A DNA stretch of 64,000 nucleotides from positions 2,349,342 to 2,413,341 of the forward strand of contig JADJWA010000001.1 in NCBI GenBank assembly GCA_016716605.1, given 5' to 3'. The notes under the pieces are model-generated. The model ran no database searches. It was not told where the DNA came from and worked only from the letters and a program-made list of their open reading frames with translations. Position 1 is the first letter of the stretch. Every line of letters starts with the position of its first letter. The stretch comes from Flavobacteriales bacterium (lineage in GTDB: Bacteria; Bacteroidota; Bacteroidia; Flavobacteriales_F; PHOS-HE28). Both the position numbers and the translations under genes were made by a program. Below are positions 55,917-64,000 of the stretch, piece by piece.

Positions 55917-56603
55917 GTGCGAACGCTTGAACGCATGAAATCGATCCAAGGTCGCCATTCGCGCTTCGCACCACTGCTGCTGGTGCTCCACCTGCTGGCT
56001 GCTTGCTCATCCGCCAATTCAGAATCCATCATCCATCCCGACATGAATCCCGCTCCCGCAACCAACACCGATACCATCACCCTCGGCGCCGGTTGCTTCT
56101 GGTGCGTGGAAGCCGTGTTCAGTGAATTGAAGGGCGTGCTCTCCGTGACCAGTGGCTACATGGGCGGCCACGTGAAGAACCCCGGCTACAAGGAGGTCTG
56201 CGCCGGCACCACCGGGCATGCCGAGGTGGCGCAGCTTGTCTTCGATCCTTCCATGGTCACCTTATCAGAGATCCTCGAGGTTTTCTGGCAGACGCACGAC
56301 CCCACCACGCTCAACCGGCAGGGCGCTGATGTGGGCACCCAATACCGTTCGGCCATTTTCTGGCACACCGGAGCGCAACGCGACGTGGCCGAGGACCTCA
56401 AGAAGCGGCTCGATGCCAGCGGCGCATTCCCTGCGCCGATCGTGACCGAGGTTATCGAAGCCAGCATCTTCTACAAGGCCGAGGATTACCACCAGGATTA
56501 CTACGCGCTGAACGGTTCGCAGGGCTATTGCCAGATGGTGATCCGCCCCAAGCTCGAGAAGTTCCGCAAGGTCTTCGCCGATAAGCTGAAGCAGCCCAAG
56601 TGA
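55917..56603 (+). CDS. msrA: Peptide-methionine (S)-S-oxide reductase, secreted/lipoprotein form
   Basis: Active-site motif GAGCFWCVEAVF is present. The N-terminus looks like a lipoprotein signal (LLAACSS). The ORF has a GTG start, and an ATG at 55935 is an alternative. Confidence 0.88.
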   Translation: MRTLERMKSIQGRHSRFAPLLLVLHLLAACSSANSESIIHPDMNPAPATNTDTITLGAGCFWCVEAVFSELKGVLSVTSGYMGGHVKNPGYKEVCAGTTGHAEVAQLVFDPSMVTLSEILEVFWQTHDPTTLNRQGADVGTQYRSAIFWHTGAQRDVAEDLKKRLDASGAFPAPIVTEVIEASIFYKAEDYHQDYYALNGSQGYCQMVIRPKLEKFRKVFADKLKQPK

Positions 56604-57088
56604 GCGAAGTCACAATGCCGCACCGGGAGCCAAGGGATCTTCGCGGCATGTCGAAGCGCAGCGCGGCGTACAGCATCTTCCGGTTCAAATGCCCGCATTG
56701 CCGGGAGGGCGAATTCTTCGTGGACCGTAATCCGTACCACCTCTCGACGGTGGGCGATGTGCGCGAAGCATGTCCGGTGTGTGAGCGGAAGTTCACGCCG
56801 GAGCCGGGTTTCTATTACGGCGGCATGTACGTGGCCTACGCGCTCGCGGTGGCCACCGGGACCAGCATTTTCGTGGCCACGCTCGTGCTCTGGCCTTCGG
56901 CATCGGTAGGTGCGAAGGCCGGGTCGGTGGCCGTCGGCCTGGTGGTCCTTGGCCCTTGGCTCTACGCCGTTTCGAAGACCACCTGGGCCAATCTCTTCAT
57001 GCGCTACAAAGGCGTTGCCATCACCGAGGCCGAGCATCGCTATGCCGCTGGGCGGACCAATGCTTCCGATGGGCCTTCCCGCGGGTGA
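56600..57088 (+). CDS. DUF983-like zinc-ribbon membrane protein
   Basis: CPHC…CPVC precedes two TM helices. The start overlaps the msrA stop (GTGA). Confidence 0.55.
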   Translation: MSEVTMPHREPRDLRGMSKRSAAYSIFRFKCPHCREGEFFVDRNPYHLSTVGDVREACPVCERKFTPEPGFYYGGMYVAYALAVATGTSIFVATLVLWPSASVGAKAGSVAVGLVVLGPWLYAVSKTTWANLFMRYKGVAITEAEHRYAAGRTNASDGPSRG

Positions 57089-57094
57089 CCGCGC

Positions 57095-57832
57095 TCACTC
57101 GTAGTTCACCTCCATCGTCTCGCCTTCCGCCCCCTCGATGGGCATCTGCTCGGCATCGATCATCTGTCCTCCTCCGCCTGGGTCCATATAGTCGTTGATC
57201 AGGAAGACCACCTGATCGGGAATCTTATCGGAGTGCGCGCCCACGTCGCTGTATTCGGAATGCTCGCCCACCAGGTCCATGATCCGGTCCGATGGCAGGC
57301 GCTCGCTCAAGGGCGGCCCCATCGCGGTCTGGCGGTTCTGCCATTCCACCATCACCAGGTAGCGCGGGTACTTCATGCCGGCGCGCATGCGCTTGAGGAA
57401 ATCGGTCTTGTCCTGGATGCCCACGAAGCGGTGGCCGATGAAGGCCATGTCGGCTTCTTCATTCTTGATCCCTGGATCCCCCACCGGCACGGCACGGATG
57501 CGCAGGCGGTCGTCGCCGAGGCCCATCTCCTTCTTCTTCGCTTCGAGCGCCGCTGCCTTGTCCGCATCGTTCACCACCGCGATGACGTTCGCGCCGGCAG
57601 CGATGAACTTGAAGGTCCAGTAGCCATCATCGGCGAAGAGGTCGGCGATCGTGAGGTGCGCGATGTTGCCCATCATGCCGATCAGCACCTCGGGCTTCTG
57701 CCAGGCATCGCGCGGGGTGGCGTTGGGCACCGGCGCGGTGCTCTGCTGGTCGGCGGTGACGGTGGTGGGGTCATCGGTGCTGCCGTTGCATGAGGCGAGC
57801 AGGGCAATGGAGCAGAGTGCGGCGAATCGCAT
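57095..57832 (-). CDS. Hypothetical lipoprotein
   Basis: Lipobox LLASC after MRFAALCSIA. The ORF-table start at 57856 is an alternative. No confident domain was recognised. Confidence 0.5.
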   Translation of the reverse strand: MRFAALCSIALLASCNGSTDDPTTVTADQQSTAPVPNATPRDAWQKPEVLIGMMGNIAHLTIADLFADDGYWTFKFIAAGANVIAVVNDADKAAALEAKKKEMGLGDDRLRIRAVPVGDPGIKNEEADMAFIGHRFVGIQDKTDFLKRMRAGMKYPRYLVMVEWQNRQTAMGPPLSERLPSDRIMDLVGEHSEYSDVGAHSDKIPDQVVFLINDYMDPGGGGQMIDAEQMPIEGAEGETMEVNYE

Positions 57833-57987
57833 GGCAATGTTCGTTCGGGGCGCCAAATTAGAGCGGGGCCAAGGGCAATCGTTCCTTCTTCGGTGCCAAG
57901 AGGGTCCGTGCCCGTTGCTCGAGTATCCCGCTGCGTGCGTCCACCGATGGTCAGGGATGAGGACGGATTCCGGTCTGTGGGAGGGTC

Positions 57988-58037
57988 GATGCGCAAGCCA
58001 GCGGCATCAGGCAGCACGTCTTCTGGCCTTGCGCATC
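57988..58037. promoter_or_regulatory. 12-bp-arm inverted repeat (GATGCGCAAGCC…GGCCTTGCGCATC) upstream of the MarR gene; TTGCGC recurs three times
   Basis: Palindromic arms seen directly in the sequence. It lies about 90 bp upstream of the MarR ATG and is a candidate operator or RNA hairpin. Confidence 0.35.
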
Positions 58038-58128
58038 CGCGGTTCTCGGAATCGGCCAAAGCGCAGGAATGGTTGCGCGAATTGAGAGCGGATGCCCGCC
58101 TACATTCGCTGACGCAAGCCGAACCACC

Positions 58129-58608
58129 ATGCCGGGCATCGATCGCGAGCTGAAGAGCCGGTTCACCAGTGAGCAGCAGAAGGCCATGCTCAACCTGCTG
58201 TCCACCGCCAATTGGATCCGCTCGCTCCAAGCCCTGCGCTTCAAGCCCTACGGCATCAGTGCACAGCAGTACAACATCCTGCGCATCCTGCGCGGCGCCA
58301 TGGATCCAGCCCATGCGATTGAGTCCGAAGGCGGTCGCATGAAGGCGCAGAGCATCAAGGAGCGCATGATCGACCGCGCGCCCAACGCCACCCGCCTCAC
58401 CGACAAGCTCATTGCCAAAGGACTGGTGAAGCGTGAACGCTGTGATTCGGACGGCCGGGTGATCTATGTGCGCATCACGCCCAAGGGCCTCGCCTTGCTC
58501 GCGCGCATCGATGCCCAGGATCAAGGCGGATTCGAGGATCTCCTGAAAGGCCTGAATGAGGCCGACGCCCTATCGATCAACCGCATCCTCGACGCGTGGC
58601 GCGGGTGA
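58129..58608 (+). CDS. MarR-family transcriptional regulator
   Basis: Winged HTH region …QQYNILRILRGA…RLTDKLIAKGLVKRERCDSDGRVIYVRITPKG… is present. The start is at MPGIDREL. Confidence 0.8.
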   Translation: MPGIDRELKSRFTSEQQKAMLNLLSTANWIRSLQALRFKPYGISAQQYNILRILRGAMDPAHAIESEGGRMKAQSIKERMIDRAPNATRLTDKLIAKGLVKRERCDSDGRVIYVRITPKGLALLARIDAQDQGGFEDLLKGLNEADALSINRILDAWRG

Positions 58609-58721
58609 GCTCGCCCTCCATGGTCAAGTTCAGATGAGATTGATTGCGGACGCCAGGCGCTCTCCTGACGCGCGCTCTTGCAAAGGGCCGGCAACGCGCT
58701 TCAACCTTCAGGCTTGGAGCC

Positions 58722-60029
58722 TCACGGCTTCCGTTCCTCGTTGATGGGCCGCTCCCAGAGCAACTGCCCTTCGGCGTCGAATACGCGGATCGTCATCACC
58801 CGCTCCTTGCGCTTGCCACTGAAGCTGAGCGTGGCGAAGTTCCGCTGCTCCACCAAGGTGCCCTCCACTCGATGCACGTTGGTCTCCTTCGGCCTATGGA
58901 CCCCGCTGGTGAGCGGTGAGCAGGTGAGGTCGTACAGCTTGCGCCCATCCTTCAGCTCCATGGCGCTCAGTTCCGTGAAGTGGCGGTCGCCGGTTAAGAA
59001 GACCACGCCGCGGATACCATCTTCCTCGATCCGCTTCAGGAGACGGTCGCGTTCGGCTGGATAGTTGGCGTAGGTCTCATAGATGGCCGCGCTGTTCAGC
59101 ACCTGGCTGCCTATGGCCACCACCTTGAACGCGGCATCACTGTACTTGAGGGCGCGGATGAGCCAATCGATCTGCGCCTCGCCGAGCAGCGCCGTGGGCG
59201 ACGTCTTCAGATTGGCGGGGGTCCGGTGCGTGCGGTCATCGAGGAGGAAGAAATCGGCATCGGCGTAGCTGAAAGAGGTGACCGCACCTGTAACGCCCGG
59301 CGCACCGCAGGTCGGATTGGGCCAGAAAAGGTCGAAGCATTCCAGCGCGACGGCGCCGTTGATCCAGGAGCCATCGGCATCGTTGGGCCCGAAGTCGTGA
59401 TCGTCCCAGATGGCGTAGTGCCCGCCGATGCGCAGGAGCTGCTGCAATTCCGGGGTGGAACGCGTGTGGGTGTATCGGTGCAGGTAGCCGCTGCGTGTTC
59501 CCCAATCCGGTTCCCGCAAGTAGATGTTGTCGCCGAGCCAGAGCATCGCCTCCGGCTGTTTGGCGGCAATGGCGCCGAAGATCCCATAGCCGCCACCATA
59601 GGGTGTGCCCGGACGATCGTAGTCGGGCTCGTTGATGTACGCGCAACTTCCTAGCGCCACGCTGAAGGCCGGTGGGTCGCCCCGGTGCTTCCACAAGGGC
59701 TGCGTCCTGAATGAAAGTGCCTCGGTCAGGGCGGGTTCGCCGTTCACGATGGGCCGATAGCGGTAATCCGTGCCCGGCACCAAACCGTCGAGGTTGAAGT
59801 CGAGGCAGTGGGCCTGCCAACTCTCGCTATCCAGCACGGGTGTGCGCATCACGCTATCCGGACTGCTCGCCTTCCAATATTCCATCAGCGCAGAGCAGGG
59901 CCCTTGGCATTGCATCCATACCGCAGCGGCCAGCATGTCCACATGGCCGAGCATGGGACCATTGATGGGGGGCTGGGCGCACACGGTTCCGCTCGTGAGC
60001 AGCACGATCGGGAAAGCGATTCGGCGCAT
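58722..60029 (-). CDS. PhoD-like alkaline phosphatase / metallophosphoesterase
   Basis: Signal peptide; GDNIY and WDDHDFGPND metallophosphatase motifs; and a PhoD-like N-terminal domain. Confidence 0.78.
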   Translation of the reverse strand: MRRIAFPIVLLTSGTVCAQPPINGPMLGHVDMLAAAVWMQCQGPCSALMEYWKASSPDSVMRTPVLDSESWQAHCLDFNLDGLVPGTDYRYRPIVNGEPALTEALSFRTQPLWKHRGDPPAFSVALGSCAYINEPDYDRPGTPYGGGYGIFGAIAAKQPEAMLWLGDNIYLREPDWGTRSGYLHRYTHTRSTPELQQLLRIGGHYAIWDDHDFGPNDADGSWINGAVALECFDLFWPNPTCGAPGVTGAVTSFSYADADFFLLDDRTHRTPANLKTSPTALLGEAQIDWLIRALKYSDAAFKVVAIGSQVLNSAAIYETYANYPAERDRLLKRIEEDGIRGVVFLTGDRHFTELSAMELKDGRKLYDLTCSPLTSGVHRPKETNVHRVEGTLVEQRNFATLSFSGKRKERVMTIRVFDAEGQLLWERPINEERKP

Positions 60030-60256
60030 GGGGGCAAGGTAGGAGGGCGATCGGGCGTGCCACTGCTGGGAGCAGGGGCATCGCAACTGAATCGCGTGGT
60101 TCGTTCAGGTTCATCCTCGGCCTTGGACTGCCCCGCAACAACTCAGCAGCCTCGCGTAGGCCGTGTCGCATTCGGGCGAACGCTGAAGGAGCCGTTGCGA
60201 TGGTGTGGCCAAGGGAGCAGCACCTGCGCGAGCAACGGGTACATTCGCCCCCAATC

Positions 60257-60269
60257 TGGAATGATTCCA
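60257..60269. promoter_or_regulatory. Perfect 13-bp palindrome TGGAATGATTCCA, 8 bp upstream of the LuxR-type regulator start
   Basis: Palindrome seen directly in the sequence. It is a candidate operator or start-proximal element. Confidence 0.4.
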
Positions 60270-60276
60270 AAGAGGA

Positions 60277-60960
60277 ATGAAGCGAATCAAGCTCGTACTG
60301 GCGGATCCTGGCGAACTCACCCTTGTAGGGCTGCGGTGCATTTTCGATTTGGTCGAGGATGTTGAGGTGCTCGGCTCAGCGCGCGACCCGATTTCGCTCA
60401 AGGCTTTGCTGGTGAGGCATCGTCCTGATGTGGCGCTGATCGATCCGGGTTCCTACGCATTCGCCGCACGCGACATCCGCGAAGGCTTGAAGCGGTCACC
60501 CCGTACGCGATTCGTGGCCATCACCAACGAGCCTTCGGCCCTGATGCTGATGAGCGCCGTGAAGGCGGGCGCCACCGCGTACGTGAAGAAGGATTGCGAC
60601 CTGCAGGAGATCCGCGATGCTGTGCAGGCCGCTGCCGAAGGCAAGCGTTTCTTCTGCGGCAAGGTGCTGGAGACCTTGCGCCGTGCAGGGCACGACGCGG
60701 ATCGATTCACAGAGGAGCCCATGACCTGCGCGCCGATGGTGCTCAGCAAGCGCGAGTGCGAGGTGATCGGGCTGATCGCCGAGGGGAGATCCTGCACGCG
60801 GATCGCGGAGCAGCTGCATCTGAGCGCGCACACGGTGATCACCCACCGCAAGAACATCATGCAGAAACTGGGCGTGAACAGCACAGCCGCCGTGGTTCTC
60901 TTCGCCGTGAAGAACGGCTTGGCCAGTCCCAATCACTTCCTTTTCAACGAGGGGATCTAA
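60277..60960 (+). CDS. LuxR/NarL-family response regulator with atypical receiver (acidic pair replaced: LVLADPG)
   Basis: Receiver-like N-domain with Asp at DVALIDPGS. The C-terminal LuxR HTH is LSKRECEVIGLIAEGRSCTRIAEQLHLSAHTVITHRKNIMQKLGV. No kinase gene is adjacent. Confidence 0.82.
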   Translation: MKRIKLVLADPGELTLVGLRCIFDLVEDVEVLGSARDPISLKALLVRHRPDVALIDPGSYAFAARDIREGLKRSPRTRFVAITNEPSALMLMSAVKAGATAYVKKDCDLQEIRDAVQAAAEGKRFFCGKVLETLRRAGHDADRFTEEPMTCAPMVLSKRECEVIGLIAEGRSCTRIAEQLHLSAHTVITHRKNIMQKLGVNSTAAVVLFAVKNGLASPNHFLFNEGI

Positions 60961-60983
60961 GGGCCCTGTCACAACTTCGCCGC

Positions 60984-61853
60984 ATGCGGGAGCTCATTGC
61001 GGAGATCGGGGGAAGCTCATCGCGATGGGCGCTGCTGCAAGGCGCGGGCAACGATGCAGTGGTGCCGTTCCCCGGCGAATCGATGCCAGGGTACAATCCG
61101 GTGAGCGGCGATGCGGCCGTTTTCGCGCAAGGCATTGAGGCCTATCTGCAGGGCCGGCTGCCGGGAGCGCTGGAGGCGGATCGAATCTCCGCATATGGCG
61201 CCGGATGCGGTACTCCTGAGCGCGCCGCGCGCATGGAATCGGCGCTGCGCCAGCTCTGGCCATCGGCCCGGATCGAGGTGCGCACCGATCTGGAAGGGGC
61301 GGCGCGCGGCCTTTGGGGCGCCGATCAAGGGCTGATCATGGTGCTGGGCACCGGTTCGAGCGTGGGCTGGTGGGATGGCTCCGCGCTTCACCAGCCGTTC
61401 CCATCACTGGGCTATGTGCTCGGCGATGAAGGCAGCGGCGCTGACATCGGGCGTGCGCTCCTACAGGATGCCTTCTACCGACGCATGCCCGAGGCGCTTC
61501 GCGAGCAGCTCTTCGGCCCGGATGGCCCCGATCTGCGTGAGGTGCTCGATGCCGTTCATCGTTCGGCCTTTCCCTCGCGTGCGTTGGCCGCCTACACGCA
61601 GAAGCTGGCACCCTTGTCCGATGGTCCGTACGTGCGCGAGCTGGTCATGTCGCGCTTCCAGGCCTTCATCGAGGCCTTTAAGCCGTTCCATGGGCATGAC
61701 CAGACCGCTGTGGTGCGCGCCACGGGATCCGTGGCATGGGGCTTCAGCCCGATCCTTTCGGCCTGCCTGCTCGATCACGGGATGGAACTGCTGGGCGTTG
61801 AGCGTGATCCGCTCAGCGGGCTGGTGCGGTGGCATCGGGGGCGGACCGGCTGA
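60984..61853 (+). CDS. BadF/BadG/BcrA/BcrD-type ATPase (N-acetylglucosamine-kinase-like)
   Basis: Motifs LIMVLGTGSSVGWWDG and GYVLGDEGSGADIGRALL are present. The ORF table (60594 start) fuses it with an out-of-frame overlap of the upstream gene. Confidence 0.75.
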   Translation: MRELIAEIGGSSSRWALLQGAGNDAVVPFPGESMPGYNPVSGDAAVFAQGIEAYLQGRLPGALEADRISAYGAGCGTPERAARMESALRQLWPSARIEVRTDLEGAARGLWGADQGLIMVLGTGSSVGWWDGSALHQPFPSLGYVLGDEGSGADIGRALLQDAFYRRMPEALREQLFGPDGPDLREVLDAVHRSAFPSRALAAYTQKLAPLSDGPYVRELVMSRFQAFIEAFKPFHGHDQTAVVRATGSVAWGFSPILSACLLDHGMELLGVERDPLSGLVRWHRGRTG

Positions 61854-64000
61854 TCGGCTTCATCAAGCGTTGAAGTCGCGCGAACGCCGCCGCATTCACT
61901 GGCCCGTGCACCGATCGGAGCACCCGTTCGCGCTCGACCCGGGTAAGGTGCCAGCTCAGGGATATGCGCTCATCCGCATCGTGCCAGAGCTGCACATCGA
62001 TCACTTCGAGCGGAGCGCGGCCCGCGGGGTCGAGGAGCCGGAGCATCAGGTCGTAATCCTGGTCCTGAACGCGCACGAAGTTGTCGTACACGCTGCCGAT
62101 GGGGTCGATCGCGCGTCCCAGCAGCGAACCGCTGCTCGCCTGAACCTCGAGCTGCTTCTGGGTGTCGCGCAGCTGAAGGAGCACCACGCCGCTGGTGTTC
62201 GCCTCGATCCAAGCCTTGAATGCGCTCAGCCAGGCCATGGTCACCCGGTAGCCGTAATTGTCGCGGACACCGGCGTCCATCACGCGCATGGGCGGCTGGC
62301 TCGGCAGCGTGGTCACGGGCGTGATGTACGGGAAGCTCGCGCTCATGCGAAGCGCGCTGCTGAGCTTGAGGCTGTCCGGGGCGTGTTCGGCGAATAGCCT
62401 GCGGAATTCGATGGCTTCGGCCTGGCTCTCGGACTGCACGCGGGCCTGAGGGGCTATGCTGGTGAGAAAGGCGGCGTCGTGGGCGGCGATCACCAAGCGA
62501 CGCCCATCGTTGATGCTGGTGGGGCTCACTACGAGGAGCGGTGTGCGCCCCTGGCGCTCGGCCTCGGCCATGGCACCCAATCGGATATCGAGCATGCCGC
62601 GCGTGTGCGTATTGAGCCTGCGCTCGAAGGCGGTGGCGCGGTCGCGCGTGTAACGGTGCCCGCCATAGCTGAAGCTGCGGTAGCGGATGAACATGTCGTT
62701 GGTGACGAAGCTGAAGGCCACCGGATTGAGCATGTCGCCGCTGATCTCGTCGAGCACCGCGTGACTGAAGCGCTCGTTGGCGCCGCGCCCGCGCTCGGCC
62801 CACTCGAATTGGCGGTAGTATGCCGCGCCGATCAGCCCGCCCGAGGAACCGGTCATCAGGGCGGTGCGCTGCATCAAGGTGCCGCCCAGGATGCTGTCCG
62901 CAACCTGCAGGCTGCGGTAGGTCCAGAGCATGCTGCGAAGGCCTCCGCCGCTGGTGTTGATGATCAAGAGCTTCGGCTTGCCGGTGGCATCGGCGAAGCG
63001 CATGTTGGCGGCCTTCCAGCGCTCGAGCACGTCGATCATGGCACGCGCGTCGCGACCGGCGGCAGCGGTGTCGTTCGCAAGGCCGGTGATGACCGAACGC
63101 TCGTACCGGGCAGGCGCAGCGCCATAGTCGAGGCCGTAGGCATGCGTGTCGTACAGGAAGCGCTCGGTGCGGTGGCTGATGAAGTTGATTCCGATGATCA
63201 CGGCGATGATCACCGTGCCGGTCCATCCTTGCAACCAGCTGAAGAGGGCGCTCACCAGCATGAGCACGATGGTGAAGAGCAGGAAGGCGCTGGCCCCAGC
63301 GGGAATGGCGAAGAGCGCGACCTCGCTGAAAGCACCGAGCAGGATGAATGTGAGCACCAGCACCAGTTCGAAGATGGTGCCGTTGATGTGGTTCTGCCAG
63401 AGCACGTCGCGGAGGAGCTCCTGGTCATAGTGGGCGCTGCTGCGAGCCAGCATGATCCGGAGCCGGGGCGTGAGGTAGGTCTCCACGCGCCATTTCTCGG
63501 CTCGTTGCTGGCGTCGCAGCCAGCGCATGGCCTTGCGGCGCTCGCTCTTGCGCACCGGCGGTGCATCGTGCTGCGGCCCCAGGATGTCCATGAGCGGCTC
63601 CTCCGGCCGGTACTCGTCGGCGGGGCGGCCAAGCAGCTTCACGATGTCGGTATTGGTGCGCGTGAAGTAGAGGAGGGCCAGTCCGAGGAAGCCGAGCATG
63701 CCCGCCATGAAGCCCAGCAGGTGCAGCAGCACGCGCGGCATGGGCACCAGCTCCTGGGTGTATTGGAAGCGTGCCGCGCACCAGAGGTAAGTGAGCACGA
63801 AGAGCGCCGGGATGAGGGCGTTGTTGACGTTGAACTTGAGGAAGGGCCGCGCGATGGTGGCGATGAAGGGGAAACGGTACGCATGCATCACGTAGCTGTA
63901 CAGGTTGAAGGCCGTGATGAACCCGCCGAGGGCGAAGCCGGTGATCAGGTGCGAGAGGAAATCGACCCGGCCGAAGTATTCCGGGAAGAGGAAGAGGTAG
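61813..64000 (-). CDS. Patatin-like phospholipase family membrane protein; 5' end probably beyond the window
   Basis: Oxyanion motif NTSGGGLRS and GxSxG motif TGSSGG are present, preceded by N-terminal multi-TM segments. The frame stays open and hydrophobic (…FGRVDFLSHLITGFALGGFITAFNLYSYV-MHAYRF…) from 63891 to the window edge. Confidence 0.75.
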   Translation of the reverse strand, partial: YLFLFPEYFGRVDFLSHLITGFALGGFITAFNLYSYVMHAYRFPFIATIARPFLKFNVNNALIPALFVLTYLWCAARFQYTQELVPMPRVLLHLLGFMAGMLGFLGLALLYFTRTNTDIVKLLGRPADEYRPEEPLMDILGPQHDAPPVRKSERRKAMRWLRRQQRAEKWRVETYLTPRLRIMLARSSAHYDQELLRDVLWQNHINGTIFELVLVLTFILLGAFSEVALFAIPAGASAFLLFTIVLMLVSALFSWLQGWTGTVIIAVIIGINFISHRTERFLYDTHAYGLDYGAAPARYERSVITGLANDTAAAGRDARAMIDVLERWKAANMRFADATGKPKLLIINTSGGGLRSMLWTYRSLQVADSILGGTLMQRTALMTGSSGGLIGAAYYRQFEWAERGRGANERFSHAVLDEISGDMLNPVAFSFVTNDMFIRYRSFSYGGHRYTRDRATAFERRLNTHTRGMLDIRLGAMAEAERQGRTPLLVVSPTSINDGRRLVIAAHDAAFLTSIAPQARVQSESQAEAIEFRRLFAEHAPDSLKLSSALRMSASFPYITPVTTLPSQPPMRVMDAGVRDNYGYRVTMAWLSAFKAWIEANTSGVVLLQLRDTQKQLEVQASSGSLLGRAIDPIGSVYDNFVRVQDQDYDLMLRLLDPAGRAPLEVIDVQLWHDADERISLSWHLTRVERERVLRSVHGPVNAAAFARLQRLMKPISRSAPDATAPAR

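Noticed and set aside
60594-60983. N-terminal 130 codons of ORF 60594-61853
   Set aside because: This is an out-of-frame overlap with the LuxR regulator CDS and its translation is Arg/Gly/Ala-rich. The BadF-type ATPase starts at ATG 60984.
1-64000. CRISPR arrays, rRNA genes, IS elements/transposases, integrases, prophage genes, toxin-antitoxin pairs
   Set aside because: Scanning both strands found no short regularly spaced direct repeats, no rRNA-like conserved stretches, and no DDE, tyrosine-recombinase or serine-recombinase motifs in any ORF translation.

Overview
High-GC (~62%) bacterial chromosomal segment, almost certainly Bacteroidota (FCB group). The evidence is SprB repeats, type-A T9SS C-terminal sorting domains, TAnnTTTG-like promoter elements, PF05635 four-helix-bundle genes and a TPR/HisKA_3 sensor kinase. 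The flanks hold housekeeping genes: an NDH-2 fragment, sucD, acnA, suhB, lgt, mtaB, msrA, two tRNAs, and an mntR/dtxR-zupT pair divergent from a TonB-dependent receptor. The centre (about 3.0-51.0 kb) is a surface-protein region. It starts with a four-gene operon: a LuxR/NarL-type response regulator, an acidic hypothetical protein, a secreted Cys-rich HExxH protein and a TPR sensor kinase. This is followed by a 1870-aa FG-GAP (about 21 repeats) T9SS giant protein. Then comes a 22.8-kb head-to-tail array of ten paralogous secreted proteins of about 740 aa, each with SprB repeat(s), a prealbumin-like module, two DUF11-like modules and a T9SS CTD. The array genes are separated by -4 to +31 bp, and the tenth has swapped its CTD for a different Ca-binding-like tail. 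A NarL-like 7-2-7 inverted-repeat box occurs twice, upstream of the regulator gene and upstream of the giant adhesin gene, which suggests a dedicated two-component regulon. Other notable items are: a four-helix-bundle (Avd/IVS-type) gene flanked by about 30-bp inverted repeats, homopolymeric G/C tracts inside the adhesin genes, a 16-bp promoter motif shared by three unrelated genes, and near-identical nucleotide blocks among the paralogs that end exactly where gene 10 diverges. No CRISPR array, rRNA, transposase or integrase was found. All homology calls are from reading the translations by eye; no database search was possible. Manually derived coordinates may be off by 1-2 bp.
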